A stretch of DNA of 40,347 nucleotides, the filler included, from Mycoplasmatota bacterium (GTDB taxonomy: Bacteria; Bacillota_I; Bacilli_A; RF39; UBA660): NCBI GenBank assembly GCA_012727915.1. It is 4 parts of 4 records of this genome, joined end to end, with 100 filler letters (N's around TTAATTAATTAA, not from the genome) between each part and the next. Parts side by side here need not be neighbours in the genome. Positions count along the whole stretch, not along the records: positions 10,275 to 20,859 come from JAAYGD010000019.1; positions 20,960 to 40,347 come from JAAYGD010000020.1; 2 more parts are not named here. One strand, 5' to 3'. Shown piece after piece: positions 18,430 to 27,677 of this stretch (position 1 is its first letter; each line of letters opens with the position of its first letter). The notes under the pieces were generated by a model. That model saw nothing but the letters and a program-made list of their open reading frames with translations, was not told where the DNA came from and ran no database searches. A program made the translations under genes and the position numbers.

Positions 18430-20859
18430 ATGGAAAAGGGTTTGTTAGTTGTTGATTTTGATGGGGTCTCAGCATATTCTCAAAATTTGAAAGTAAAAGC
18501 AAATAGTATAAAGAATAATTTAAGTATGCCAAGTTTGAGTGTGGCTGTTTTTGGATTGCTTTCTAATTATCAAATCGATTATACAAATCATGTAAACAAA
18601 TTAAATGTTTTTGCAGATGATTTATCAACCAAATTAAATTCATATAATGAAAATTTGCTTACTATAGAAGGATATGTAAAAAATGTGGAGAGTTCTTCAC
18701 GAAGCACAACGCCTTCACATGAAAATAATGATGGAAATTATTCTGGTGAAGGTCCAATAATGCTTCCTGGAAATCTTTTAGCAACTTCTGGATTTACACA
18801 TTTGCCAGTTAACGCTTCGTTAGAAGAAGTAAATCAAAGAATTAATGAACTTCTCAAAATATTGGGTTTAACTGTAACTGATTTATATTCGGGCAAATTT
18901 AATGAACTATTGCAACAAATTTTGTCTTTTGCACCAAGTTCGGTTACATATTTAGAGGTTTTAACTCAACTAGAAGAACTACTTATTCAAAAACATTTAA
19001 ATGATATGACTAAATCTCCAGCAAAACCAAAGCCTTTTCTACCAATAGAAGCATTCTTAATATATTTGGCATATAATAAAAATATTGATTATGAAAAAAT
19101 GTTGATTGATGAACAATATGCAAAAATGATTAAAGAAAGTTTAATTTTACATAAAGAATCATTAAAAGGATTATATGATTTATCATTAAAAGATGCTGTT
19201 ATTGCGCAAAAGGAATTGTTTAATATAATAAATTCACCAGACTTATCAAGCATCAAAGTTGATAATATTACTCTTGATATATTAAAAGGTTATTTAAATG
19301 ATGTTGCAAAAAGAAATGACATATCACTAGAGGCTATGCTTACAAAAGAAGAATATGCTCCGTTAGCAAAAAAATCGTTAGAAGAATTTTTAAAATTCTG
19401 GTTATATGGAGAAGAAGGAAATATTCCTATTTCTGATGTAGTTAAAAAAATAGAAGAAATAGCTTTAAGCAATAATTCAAGTGTAGAAGAAATATTAAAA
19501 GGATTAAATACTGGTGCTTTAACTGAACTGGCTAATAATATTGATAATAACTCATTTGGAGAAATTATAAATAACATGGATGGCAAAAATATTCAAAATT
19601 TTATTGAAGAAATAGTAATTAATAATCAACATCCAGAAGTTAAAGAAAATCCCGTTATTAAGGAAATAGTTAATTCTATTGTTAGAAATAAAGATTATAT
19701 TTTAAATAAAGGACCGAAGACAATATCTCCAATTAAAATGGAAGATATTTCTAGTATAGAACCTTTACCACAAGAAACAAATTGGGAAGAAATAGTAGAT
19801 GAGGATTTAAAAACAATTTTAACAGATCCTCAATACTCTGATAAATTAAAAGAAGTTATATCTGAGGATAGTAATTTTAATTGGAGTGGTTTAATACCTT
19901 TAGGAGCTGGTTTAGGGTTAATTCCTTTAATTGTAGCACTAAGCAAAAAAGATAAAACAAAAAAAGATTATAAACCTTCTACCGAGAACTCTAAGAGAGG
20001 CTTAATAAATGAAAGCTTCACTTATTTTGCGGACTCAAATATAGTAACTGAAGAGTCATTATTAGACGGAACAAATTTTGAATTATTAACTATTTATTTA
20101 AGTCAACTAGATAGTCTAACTGCAATACTAAATGTTTTGTCAATAATGAAAGACGAAATTTTGCAAAAATATTTTCTTGAATTATATAATCAAAAATATG
20201 AACATATTTGGGGAATAGGATCAATTAATTTAAAAATTATATTTAATAGTCTTGAACAAAAAGCAAAAAAACAAGGACTTGATTTGAATACATTTTTAAA
20301 TAATTCAAATTACGAAGTTTGGGTAAAAACTGCTATTGTAGAATTGCTTAAATTATATGAAAAATATGATCAAGACATATCTATAAAAGGAGGATTAACA
20401 TATTATTTAAACGACTTATTTATAAATTCAAATAATTCAAAAAATATATCTCTTTTGAAAGAATATCTAGAAGTTTATTCAAAAAGTTTAGATATCGATA
20501 CAAATTCTTATTTAAACCAATTGACTGATAATATAAGTAAAAATAAGATTTTTGCCATTATTAATTTTGGAGATGGTTTTAAAGGTTTTTCTTTTGGAAT
20601 TCTAGAAGAAATAAATATATTATTAAATAAAAACAAAAAGATTGAAAATATTGAATCTAATATTGTTGATAGTAGAGTTATTGAATCTTCGGGTTTAACT
20701 TTGTTGTTGTTTAATTCAACTGATGACCAAATAGAAAAATCTATATTAAATATTATTGACAAGTATTCTATTTCTAAAGAAGATTTCTATAATAATAAAG
20801 ATAACTATTTTAATCAAATTGTTAACACTGCACCAAATTTAAATGTTGTTTTGTTCTTA
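18430..20859 (+). CDS. Large T7SS-associated protein: helical N-terminus, one central TM segment, internal helical repeats (3' truncated)
   Basis: ORF of over 800 aa open to gap; TM WSGLIPLGAGLGLIPLIVALS followed by KKDK; recurring L..A....I.....L....Y....K..L motif; ATG 18412 alternative start. Confidence 0.8.
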
Positions 20860-20959
20860 NNNNNNNNNNNNNNNNNNNNNNNNNNNNNNNNNNNNNNNNN
20901 NNNTTAATTAATTAANNNNNNNNNNNNNNNNNNNNNNNNNNNNNNNNNNNNNNNNNNNN
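20860..20959. other. Artificial contig linker
   Basis: N44-TTAATTAATTAA-N44. Confidence 0.97.
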
Positions 20960-20960
20960 A

Positions 20961-21230
20961 GCAAAAAAATATATTATTGGTAAAGTAATGGTTCAAGTAT
21001 TTACTCACAATCTTGAAGATGTTTTAGTAGATGAAATAAGAAAACATGGATTTGGTGTTACTGTTTTAGAATATAAAGGAATAAGTGGTACCAAAGATGG
21101 AAGAATGCTAAATATAAGTATAAATAAATCAAAAGAAAAGAATTTAAGAAATTTAATTAAAGAATATGATAGTAGTGCATTTATTGTAGTAAATGAATCA
21201 AAATATGTTGAAAATGGATATTTTAAATAA
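20961..21230 (+). CDS. DUF2179 (YebE/YitT C-terminal)-domain protein, 5' truncated
   Basis: Frame open from contig start; IRKHGFGVTV...G...IKEYDSSAFIVVNE....NGYF pattern. Confidence 0.78.
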   Translation, partial: AKKYIIGKVMVQVFTHNLEDVLVDEIRKHGFGVTVLEYKGISGTKDGRMLNISINKSKEKNLRNLIKEYDSSAFIVVNESKYVENGYFK

Positions 21231-21291
21231 ATATCTTTTTTTATAGAGGGAATTATTATTATTACTCCAATAAACAATTAGGAGTGATAAT

Positions 21292-23277
21292 ATGTTTAGA
21301 GTAAAACAAAGAGATTCTAATGATTGTGCAGTAGCATCTTTGCTTTCTATTATAAAGTATTATAAGGGGAACATATCTTATAATAAACTTAGATTAATGA
21401 TGAAATGTGATAAGAGTGGAGTAAGTGCATATGATTTAATAAATACTGCGAAGAAGGTGGGTTTTAATTCTTATGGTATTAAATGTAATTATGATAATTT
21501 AAGTAATGTTAAATTACCTTGTATTGCGCATATTACAGTTAAAAAATATTATGATCATTTTGTTGTAATTGAAAAAATACATAACAAAATATATATTAAT
21601 GATCCTTATTATGGGAAAAAGAAATATAAAAGAAATGAGTTTGAAAAGATATGGAATAATATATTAATTATATTAGAACCAGTATCTGAACTATCTAAAG
21701 AATTTAATCATAAAAGATATTATTTAGAATTAATATATAAATATAAAAAAGATATAATCGTTTTAGTAATAATATCTTTAATTACGATAATACTTTCAAT
21801 AATTGGCTCTTATTATTTTAAATCATTAATAGATAGTAATAAATACATAGTTTTTTTAACTTTTTCGATAATATTGATAATAAGAATAATCTTAGAATTT
21901 ATAAGAAATAAAGTAATGATATTTATTGATAAAACAATAGAAAAAGATCTAATGTATGAGTCTTTTAATAACACGTTATCACTTCAAGAACAATATTTTA
22001 TTAATAGGCAAAATGGAGATATATTAAGTAGATTAAATAGTATAGATAGTATAAAAACATTAATATTTAAAATACCTTTTTTGTTTATGATTTATTTTTG
22101 TATAGTAGTATTTTGTTCTTATGTTTTAATTATTATAGATTTAAATTTATTTATTAAGGTGTTTATTTTATTGATTTTATATTTTATAATTTATCTTATT
22201 TTTTATAAAAAAAACAATAACATGATAAAAAGTATTAATGAAGAAAAGGGTTATGTTAATGGGTTTTTATATGAATCAATAGATGGATTAGTTACTATTA
22301 GAAATAATAATATAATAAGAAATAAGAATAATGAATTTAATGTTATATATTCCAATTATTTAAATATAAAAAATAATTTTAATGATTTCTTTAATTTTCA
22401 AAATACACTGAAAAGTTTGTTATTGTATTTATCTTTTAATTATATATTATATCTCAGTTCAATTTCATTAAATATTAGTAATATTATTTTGTTTTATTCT
22501 CTTTTTATTATGTTGATTGATGCTTTTAGAAATATATTTGAATTAGAAGAGGATTTTAGTAATGGTTTGGTAGCTATAAATAGAATAGATGAATTAATAT
22601 CTACTGATTATGAATATGGTTATAGTTCTTCTAAAATAGAAAGCATTATGTTTGAAGACGTTAGTTTTGCATATAAAAATGATAAATATATAGTTAATAA
22701 CTTAAATTTAAAAATAAATGGAAACGATAAATTGTTATTAAAGGGTAAAAGTGGAAGTGGAAAAACAACAATATTTTATTTGTTATTAAAATATTATGAG
22801 GTTGATAAAGGTAAAATAATTATTGGGGAAGAAAATATAAATAATTGGAATTTAAATAGTATAAGAGATAATATATATTATGTTTCTTCAAGTGAGAAAA
22901 TATTTAGAGGTACTTTGATAGATAATATTTCTTTTGATAATAAAGATATGAGTAGGATAGATTTATTGCTAAAACTTGTAAATTTGGAAAAAGATATAAA
23001 TATGTATATAGAAGAAGATGGTAATAATTTAAGTTTAGGTGAAAAATCCAAACTATTATTATGTAGAGCATTGTTTAGTAATAGAAATGTTTTAATTATA
23101 GATGAATTATTAAGTAATATTGGAATAGAAGAAGAAAATATAATATTAAATAATATAATAGATTTATATAAAAATAAGATACTAATATATACTTCACATA
23201 GAAATATAAATGAAAATCTATTTAATAAAATATTAAATTTAGAAAAGAAGGAGGTTAATTATGAAAACATTGAATAA
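21292..23277 (+). CDS. Peptidase C39-containing ABC transporter (PCAT, ComA/BlpA/LagD-like)
   Basis: QRDSNDCAVASL (catalytic Cys), HFVV, INDP; TM domain; Walker A GKSGSGKT, LSLGE, IIDE, SHR. Confidence 0.93.
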   Translation: MFRVKQRDSNDCAVASLLSIIKYYKGNISYNKLRLMMKCDKSGVSAYDLINTAKKVGFNSYGIKCNYDNLSNVKLPCIAHITVKKYYDHFVVIEKIHNKIYINDPYYGKKKYKRNEFEKIWNNILIILEPVSELSKEFNHKRYYLELIYKYKKDIIVLVIISLITIILSIIGSYYFKSLIDSNKYIVFLTFSIILIIRIILEFIRNKVMIFIDKTIEKDLMYESFNNTLSLQEQYFINRQNGDILSRLNSIDSIKTLIFKIPFLFMIYFCIVVFCSYVLIIIDLNLFIKVFILLILYFIIYLIFYKKNNNMIKSINEEKGYVNGFLYESIDGLVTIRNNNIIRNKNNEFNVIYSNYLNIKNNFNDFFNFQNTLKSLLLYLSFNYILYLSSISLNISNIILFYSLFIMLIDAFRNIFELEEDFSNGLVAINRIDELISTDYEYGYSSSKIESIMFEDVSFAYKNDKYIVNNLNLKINGNDKLLLKGKSGSGKTTIFYLLLKYYEVDKGKIIIGEENINNWNLNSIRDNIYYVSSSEKIFRGTLIDNISFDNKDMSRIDLLLKLVNLEKDINMYIEEDGNNLSLGEKSKLLLCRALFSNRNVLIIDELLSNIGIEEENIILNNIIDLYKNKILIYTSHRNINENLFNKILNLEKKEVNYENIE

Positions 23278-23398
23278 TGAAGAATTGAAAAATATAAATG
23301 GGGGAATTAGTTTTGGTTTATTAGCTCTTTTAGGAGGCGCAATTACATTTATAATTGGTATTCTTGATGGATTAACTAGACCATTAAAATGTAGATAA
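23261..23398 (+). CDS. Double-glycine leader peptide 1 (45 aa; class IIb bacteriocin-like)
   Basis: AGGAGG RBS; MKTLNNEELKNINGG|ISFGLLALLGGAITFIIGILDGLTRPLKCR; missed by ORF track. Confidence 0.92.
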   Translation: MKTLNNEELKNINGGISFGLLALLGGAITFIIGILDGLTRPLKCR

Positions 23399-23414
23399 AA
23401 AGGAAGGAGGAATA

Positions 23415-23579
23415 ATGATACTTTTAAATAATGAAGAATTAAAAAATATAAATGGGGGAAGTATTTCTGGTACACTAATAAGTTCTATAGTAAAAGGAAT
23501 AAGTTTGATTTTTGATTTAGGAAGATCTTTAGGAAGTGCGATATATAGATTAGTAAATAAAAAATGTTGTAAAGCATAA
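23415..23579 (+). CDS. Double-glycine leader peptide 2 (54 aa; class IIb bacteriocin-like)
   Basis: AGGAGG RBS; MILLNNEELKNINGG|SISGTLISSIVKGISLIFDLGRSLGSAIYRLVNKKCCKA; missed by ORF track. Confidence 0.92.
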   Translation: MILLNNEELKNINGGSISGTLISSIVKGISLIFDLGRSLGSAIYRLVNKKCCKA

Positions 23580-23606
23580 AAAAAGAACAAGGTTACTTGT
23601 TCTTTT
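23578..23606. terminator. Bidirectional terminator between peptide 2 and pilus ATPase
   Basis: aaaagaacaag-gtta-cttgttctttt with A flank. Confidence 0.8.
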
Positions 23607-24978
23607 AAAATAAGTCTTCAGGAGTATGAGCATTAGGAATATCTTCTTTTTCGGGCAATTCCACATTTTTTGTTTCGTTAACAATTTTTGCTTGTGGTTT
23701 GTTATCAGTATTAATATCAGCGTTATTTGCAATTTCAACATCATCTAAAGCTTTATCAAGATTATATTTATAATCAGACATTTTTCCATCGACATCATCA
23801 TCTAATTCGATTAATTTAACAACTTCTTCCATAGTTGTAATTCCATCTAAAACTTTTAATAAACCATCTTGTAATAAGGTAGTAACATTTGATGTATAAA
23901 CTAATTTTCTTAAACTTTCTTTTCTTACATTTCCCGCAATGGCATCTCTAATTTCTTGAGTAATAACTAATACTTCGTGAATTGCAATACGACCTCTATA
24001 TCCTTTTGAACATTCACTGCATCCTTGAGGGACATATATTTCATTTACTTCTTTATTTAGAACCTTTCTAAATAAATTCTTTTCATAATCATTAGTTTGT
24101 TTTTTAACTTTACATTTATCACATAGTCTTCTTGCTAATTTTTGAGATATAACTCCTTTTAATGCACTCGCTAATAAATATCTTTCAACTTCCATATCAA
24201 GTAAACGTTCTATCGTATTTAATGAGTTATTAGTATGTATTGTAGATAATACCAAGTGTCCTGTAATAGAAGCTCTTACTGCTATTCTAGCTGTTTCGTT
24301 ATCACGAATCTCTCCAACCATTATTACATTTGGATCTTGACGCAATATAGAACGTAGAACGTGCGCAAAGTTTAAACCAATATCACTATTAACTTGTATT
24401 TGATTAATACCTTCTATATCCATTTCTATAGGATCTTCAACTGTAATTATGTTTCTTTCTGGTGAATTTAATCTTTGAAGAATAGAATATACAGTAGTAG
24501 ACTTTCCGGTACCAGTAGCACCTGTTACTAATATAATTCCATTTGGAACTTTAATCAATTCTTCTAGTTTGTTATAATTTGAAGGAGTAAAACCTAGATT
24601 ATCTATACCTTTAAGACTCATAGAATAATCTAATATACGAACTACTATTTTTTCTCCATTACTAGTTGGTACGCAAGATACACGGAGATCTAAATCTAAG
24701 TCTTTTAATTTTGTTTTAATAGAACCATCTTGTGGAAGACGAACTTCAGTAATATTCATTCCTGAGATTATTTTAATACGAGTTATTAAGTTCTTTTTTA
24801 ATGTATTAGGAACTTTGGAATAATCTTGTAGTTGACCATCTATACGAATTCTAACTTTCATATATTCAAAAAGCGGATCAAAATGAATATCACTCGCATG
24901 TCTATTCGCAGCATCAACAATAATTTCATTTACTACTTCAACTATAGGTAGTTTTTCAAAATCAAATTCTTTTAACAT
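23605..24978 (-). CDS. pilB: Type IV pilus/T2SS assembly ATPase (PilB/GspE/ComGA family)
   Basis: ASDIHFDP, RLPQDG, Walker A GATGTGKST, TVEDPIE, LRQDPNVIMVGEIRD, TGHLVLSTIH, CDKC/CSEC zinc site; likely start ATG 24978. Confidence 0.92.
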   Translation of the reverse strand: MLKEFDFEKLPIVEVVNEIIVDAANRHASDIHFDPLFEYMKVRIRIDGQLQDYSKVPNTLKKNLITRIKIISGMNITEVRLPQDGSIKTKLKDLDLDLRVSCVPTSNGEKIVVRILDYSMSLKGIDNLGFTPSNYNKLEELIKVPNGIILVTGATGTGKSTTVYSILQRLNSPERNIITVEDPIEMDIEGINQIQVNSDIGLNFAHVLRSILRQDPNVIMVGEIRDNETARIAVRASITGHLVLSTIHTNNSLNTIERLLDMEVERYLLASALKGVISQKLARRLCDKCKVKKQTNDYEKNLFRKVLNKEVNEIYVPQGCSECSKGYRGRIAIHEVLVITQEIRDAIAGNVRKESLRKLVYTSNVTTLLQDGLLKVLDGITTMEEVVKLIELDDDVDGKMSDYKYNLDKALDDVEIANNADINTDNKPQAKIVNETKNVELPEKEDIPNAHTPEDLF

Positions 24979-25075
24979 ATTTTCCCCATTCTTATTCAAA
25001 ATTTTATTATTCCATTTATTATAAAAGTATTATATAATATTAATTATAGAATAGCAAGAAGAGTGGAGTAATAAA

Positions 25076-27121
25076 ATGAAAAAAAAGGGTGAAAAAGGTT
25101 TTTTTGTAGTTGAAACAATTGTAGTAATTGCTATTGTATCCATTGTAATTACTTATGTTTTTGTTAATTTTTCTAACACTTATAATAGATTTATAGTTAG
25201 TGAAACTTATAATAATATAAATGCTACTAATGCAGTTTTAAATTTAAAAGAATATGTAGATAATTGTGATATAGATTTTTCTGCAACTTTAGATACAAAA
25301 GACTATTTAGAATTGTCTTCTATTACTAAGGTTAGTTCAAATTATTATAATAAACTAAAAGAATATTTAAAGATAAAAACTGCTTATTTAATTAATACTG
25401 AAAACTTTTTTTCAAACGCTAATAATATGAATTCTTTTGATATAAAATTCCAAAATTATTTGGACACTCTTTCTATTGTAAAAAGTAAATATATTATAGT
25501 TATAGAACTAGAGAATTTAAATTATGGATATATATCTATTTATAACTATAATTTAGAATTGGTTGGTGAATCTGACAAAGATTATGTTACTTATGTAAAA
25601 GTTGGAGATGATTTTATTGAACCGGGATATACTGCAGAAGATAAAAATGGGAAAACTTTAGATGTATATATAACTGGTTTTGTTGATACGAGTATAGAAG
25701 GAACTTATTACTTGACATATACTTTACAAGATATTATTTCAAGAAGAAAAGTAGTTGTTTATGAAGATGTTTATGATTATGATTATACGGGTAATTATCA
25801 AGTATTTAGAGTGCCTGTTTCTGGTACTTATAAGGTTGAATTATGGGGTGCAAGTGGTGGAAAACCAGTAGCAAATACTACTGCATCAAAGGGAGGTTAT
25901 TCAACTGGTGAAATTTATTTAAATGAAGGAGATACTTTATACTTATATGTTGGTCAAGCAGGTAGTTTAGGAACTTATGGAGTTAATGCGACTTCAACTG
26001 TAGGTCAGGGAGGTATTGCTACTTTTAATGGTGGTGGTGCTGGAGGAAATGCAGGAGGAAGTATAACTTATCCTTACGCTAACTATAAGGGAGGACCTAG
26101 TGGGGGTGGAGCAACAGATATTAGATATTTATCAGGAACTTGGGATAATTCATTAAGTTTAAGAAGTAGAGTAATGGTTGCTGGAGGAGGAGGAGGCTTT
26201 TCTTCATCTGATGCTGGGTATGATGCTCAAAAAGGTAACTCTGGAGGATTAACAGGGCAAAATGGAGCAGTAGATGCTTATTTAATAGGAGCATATGAGG
26301 GAGATGTAATTAATAGAGGAGTAGGAGCTACTCAAACCACTGGAAATCTATTTGGAATAGGAGAAAGAGGAGACAACACTGGAACTTCAACATATTGTAA
26401 TGGACATGCTGGTGGTGGTGGTGGATATTATGGAGGAACTGGCGGAACCCAAACAGGTGGAAATTGTCATATCATGGGTGGCGGTGCTGGATCATCTTTT
26501 ATATCTGGTTATACTGGAGTAAACGCTATAAGAGTAGACGGAACTCATAGTGGAACAACAAAACATTTCTCGGGTTATGTTTTTGATAATATGGTTATGT
26601 ATAGCGGAACTCAAACCTTTTTAAGTCCGGCTGGAGTTAATGAAACTGGTCATACTGGAAATGGATATGCTAGGATTTCATTAATTGATCCAAATCAAAG
26701 TAATACTTTAAGTAAAGTAAGATATATATATAATGAAATGAATGGAAGTACATCTAATCAATCGTCTCATTGGGTAGAATTACAAGCTTATGATATTAAT
26801 GGAAACAATGTTTCTCAAGGTGTAACAACAATTACTAATAATTATTTAGGTGCGGTTGATTTAACAAGATTAACCAATGGTAACGTTGCAACTGCTGAAT
26901 ATATTGAGGGTGGAATTGGAGTATCTTTTGTTATGCTTGATTTAGGAAAAGAATATGATTTGTCAACTATTAGATTATGGCATTATTATGGGGATGGAAG
27001 AACTTATTATGATAATATAGTTAAGGTTGCAGGTAATGATGAATTGTTTAGAGTTGTATTAGATGAAGAATATCCTGAAACTAGTCATGGAAAAATTATA
27101 AGACCAGAAAGTATAGATTAG
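25076..27121 (+). CDS. Pilin-like protein with Ig-like (DUF5011-type), glycine-rich and discoidin-like domains
   Basis: Type III signal KG|FFVVETIVVIAI; EPGYTAED..G..VDT..EGTY; SGTYKVELWGASGG...GGGATDIR...RVMVAGGGGG; DLGKEYDLSTIRLWHYY. Confidence 0.85.
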   Translation: MKKKGEKGFFVVETIVVIAIVSIVITYVFVNFSNTYNRFIVSETYNNINATNAVLNLKEYVDNCDIDFSATLDTKDYLELSSITKVSSNYYNKLKEYLKIKTAYLINTENFFSNANNMNSFDIKFQNYLDTLSIVKSKYIIVIELENLNYGYISIYNYNLELVGESDKDYVTYVKVGDDFIEPGYTAEDKNGKTLDVYITGFVDTSIEGTYYLTYTLQDIISRRKVVVYEDVYDYDYTGNYQVFRVPVSGTYKVELWGASGGKPVANTTASKGGYSTGEIYLNEGDTLYLYVGQAGSLGTYGVNATSTVGQGGIATFNGGGAGGNAGGSITYPYANYKGGPSGGGATDIRYLSGTWDNSLSLRSRVMVAGGGGGFSSSDAGYDAQKGNSGGLTGQNGAVDAYLIGAYEGDVINRGVGATQTTGNLFGIGERGDNTGTSTYCNGHAGGGGGYYGGTGGTQTGGNCHIMGGGAGSSFISGYTGVNAIRVDGTHSGTTKHFSGYVFDNMVMYSGTQTFLSPAGVNETGHTGNGYARISLIDPNQSNTLSKVRYIYNEMNGSTSNQSSHWVELQAYDINGNNVSQGVTTITNNYLGAVDLTRLTNGNVATAEYIEGGIGVSFVMLDLGKEYDLSTIRLWHYYGDGRTYYDNIVKVAGNDELFRVVLDEEYPETSHGKIIRPESID

Positions 27122-27128
27122 GTGATTT

Positions 27129-27659
27129 ATGAAAAGATTAAATAATAAAGCTTTTTCTTTAGTTGAATTACTTGTAGCTTTTACTACAATTACAGTATTA
27201 TCTTTTGCAATATTTAGAACTGTTATAAGTATTCAAAGAAGACAGCTAATTAATATTGCGTATAATGATTATGTTGTCTTTCAAAGTTCTGTAAATAATT
27301 TAGTTCAAAATGATTTCACTAATAAAGTAATTGAGGCAGTAGAATACTGTGGAAAAAATTGTTATAAAATAAAATATATTGGTGAAATTGAAAAAACTTT
27401 ATCTATTAATACTAATGATAGCACTTTATCTTATGGTAATGTGTCAAATGCCGTAAAATTAAAGCTACCTAAAACATTTACTTTTTATAGAGATATAGAA
27501 CAAAAAGATGAGAATTTTACTGATGTTGAAGAAGATAGACATGATTCTTTAATATTGTTTAGAATTCCTATAAAAAGTACAATTGTTGATAAAGATTTAG
27601 ATATTATATATATTTATCAATTTGATAGTAGAAAAAATCCTGTAAGACCAAATATATAA
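27129..27659 (+). CDS. Minor pilin / pseudopilin
   Basis: KA|FSLVELLVAF prepilin cleavage-methylation motif. Confidence 0.88.
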   Translation: MKRLNNKAFSLVELLVAFTTITVLSFAIFRTVISIQRRQLINIAYNDYVVFQSSVNNLVQNDFTNKVIEAVEYCGKNCYKIKYIGEIEKTLSINTNDSTLSYGNVSNAVKLKLPKTFTFYRDIEQKDENFTDVEEDRHDSLILFRIPIKSTIVDKDLDIIYIYQFDSRKNPVRPNI

Positions 27660-27677
27660 TAGTAAGGAGTTGAAATT

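Noticed and set aside
8537..20959. Three identical TTAATTAATTAA palindromes flanked by Ns
   Set aside because: Artificial contig-joining linkers; ORF ends reading X...LIN are artefacts
21263..21287. ACTCC...GGAGT hairpin that could mask the PCAT RBS
   Set aside because: Stem too short to distinguish from chance without conservation data
23239..23744. Minus-strand ORFs 23239-23475, 23384-23590 and 23550-23744
   Set aside because: Antisense or off-frame shadows of the two double-glycine peptides and the ATPase; no RBS; not credible immunity genes
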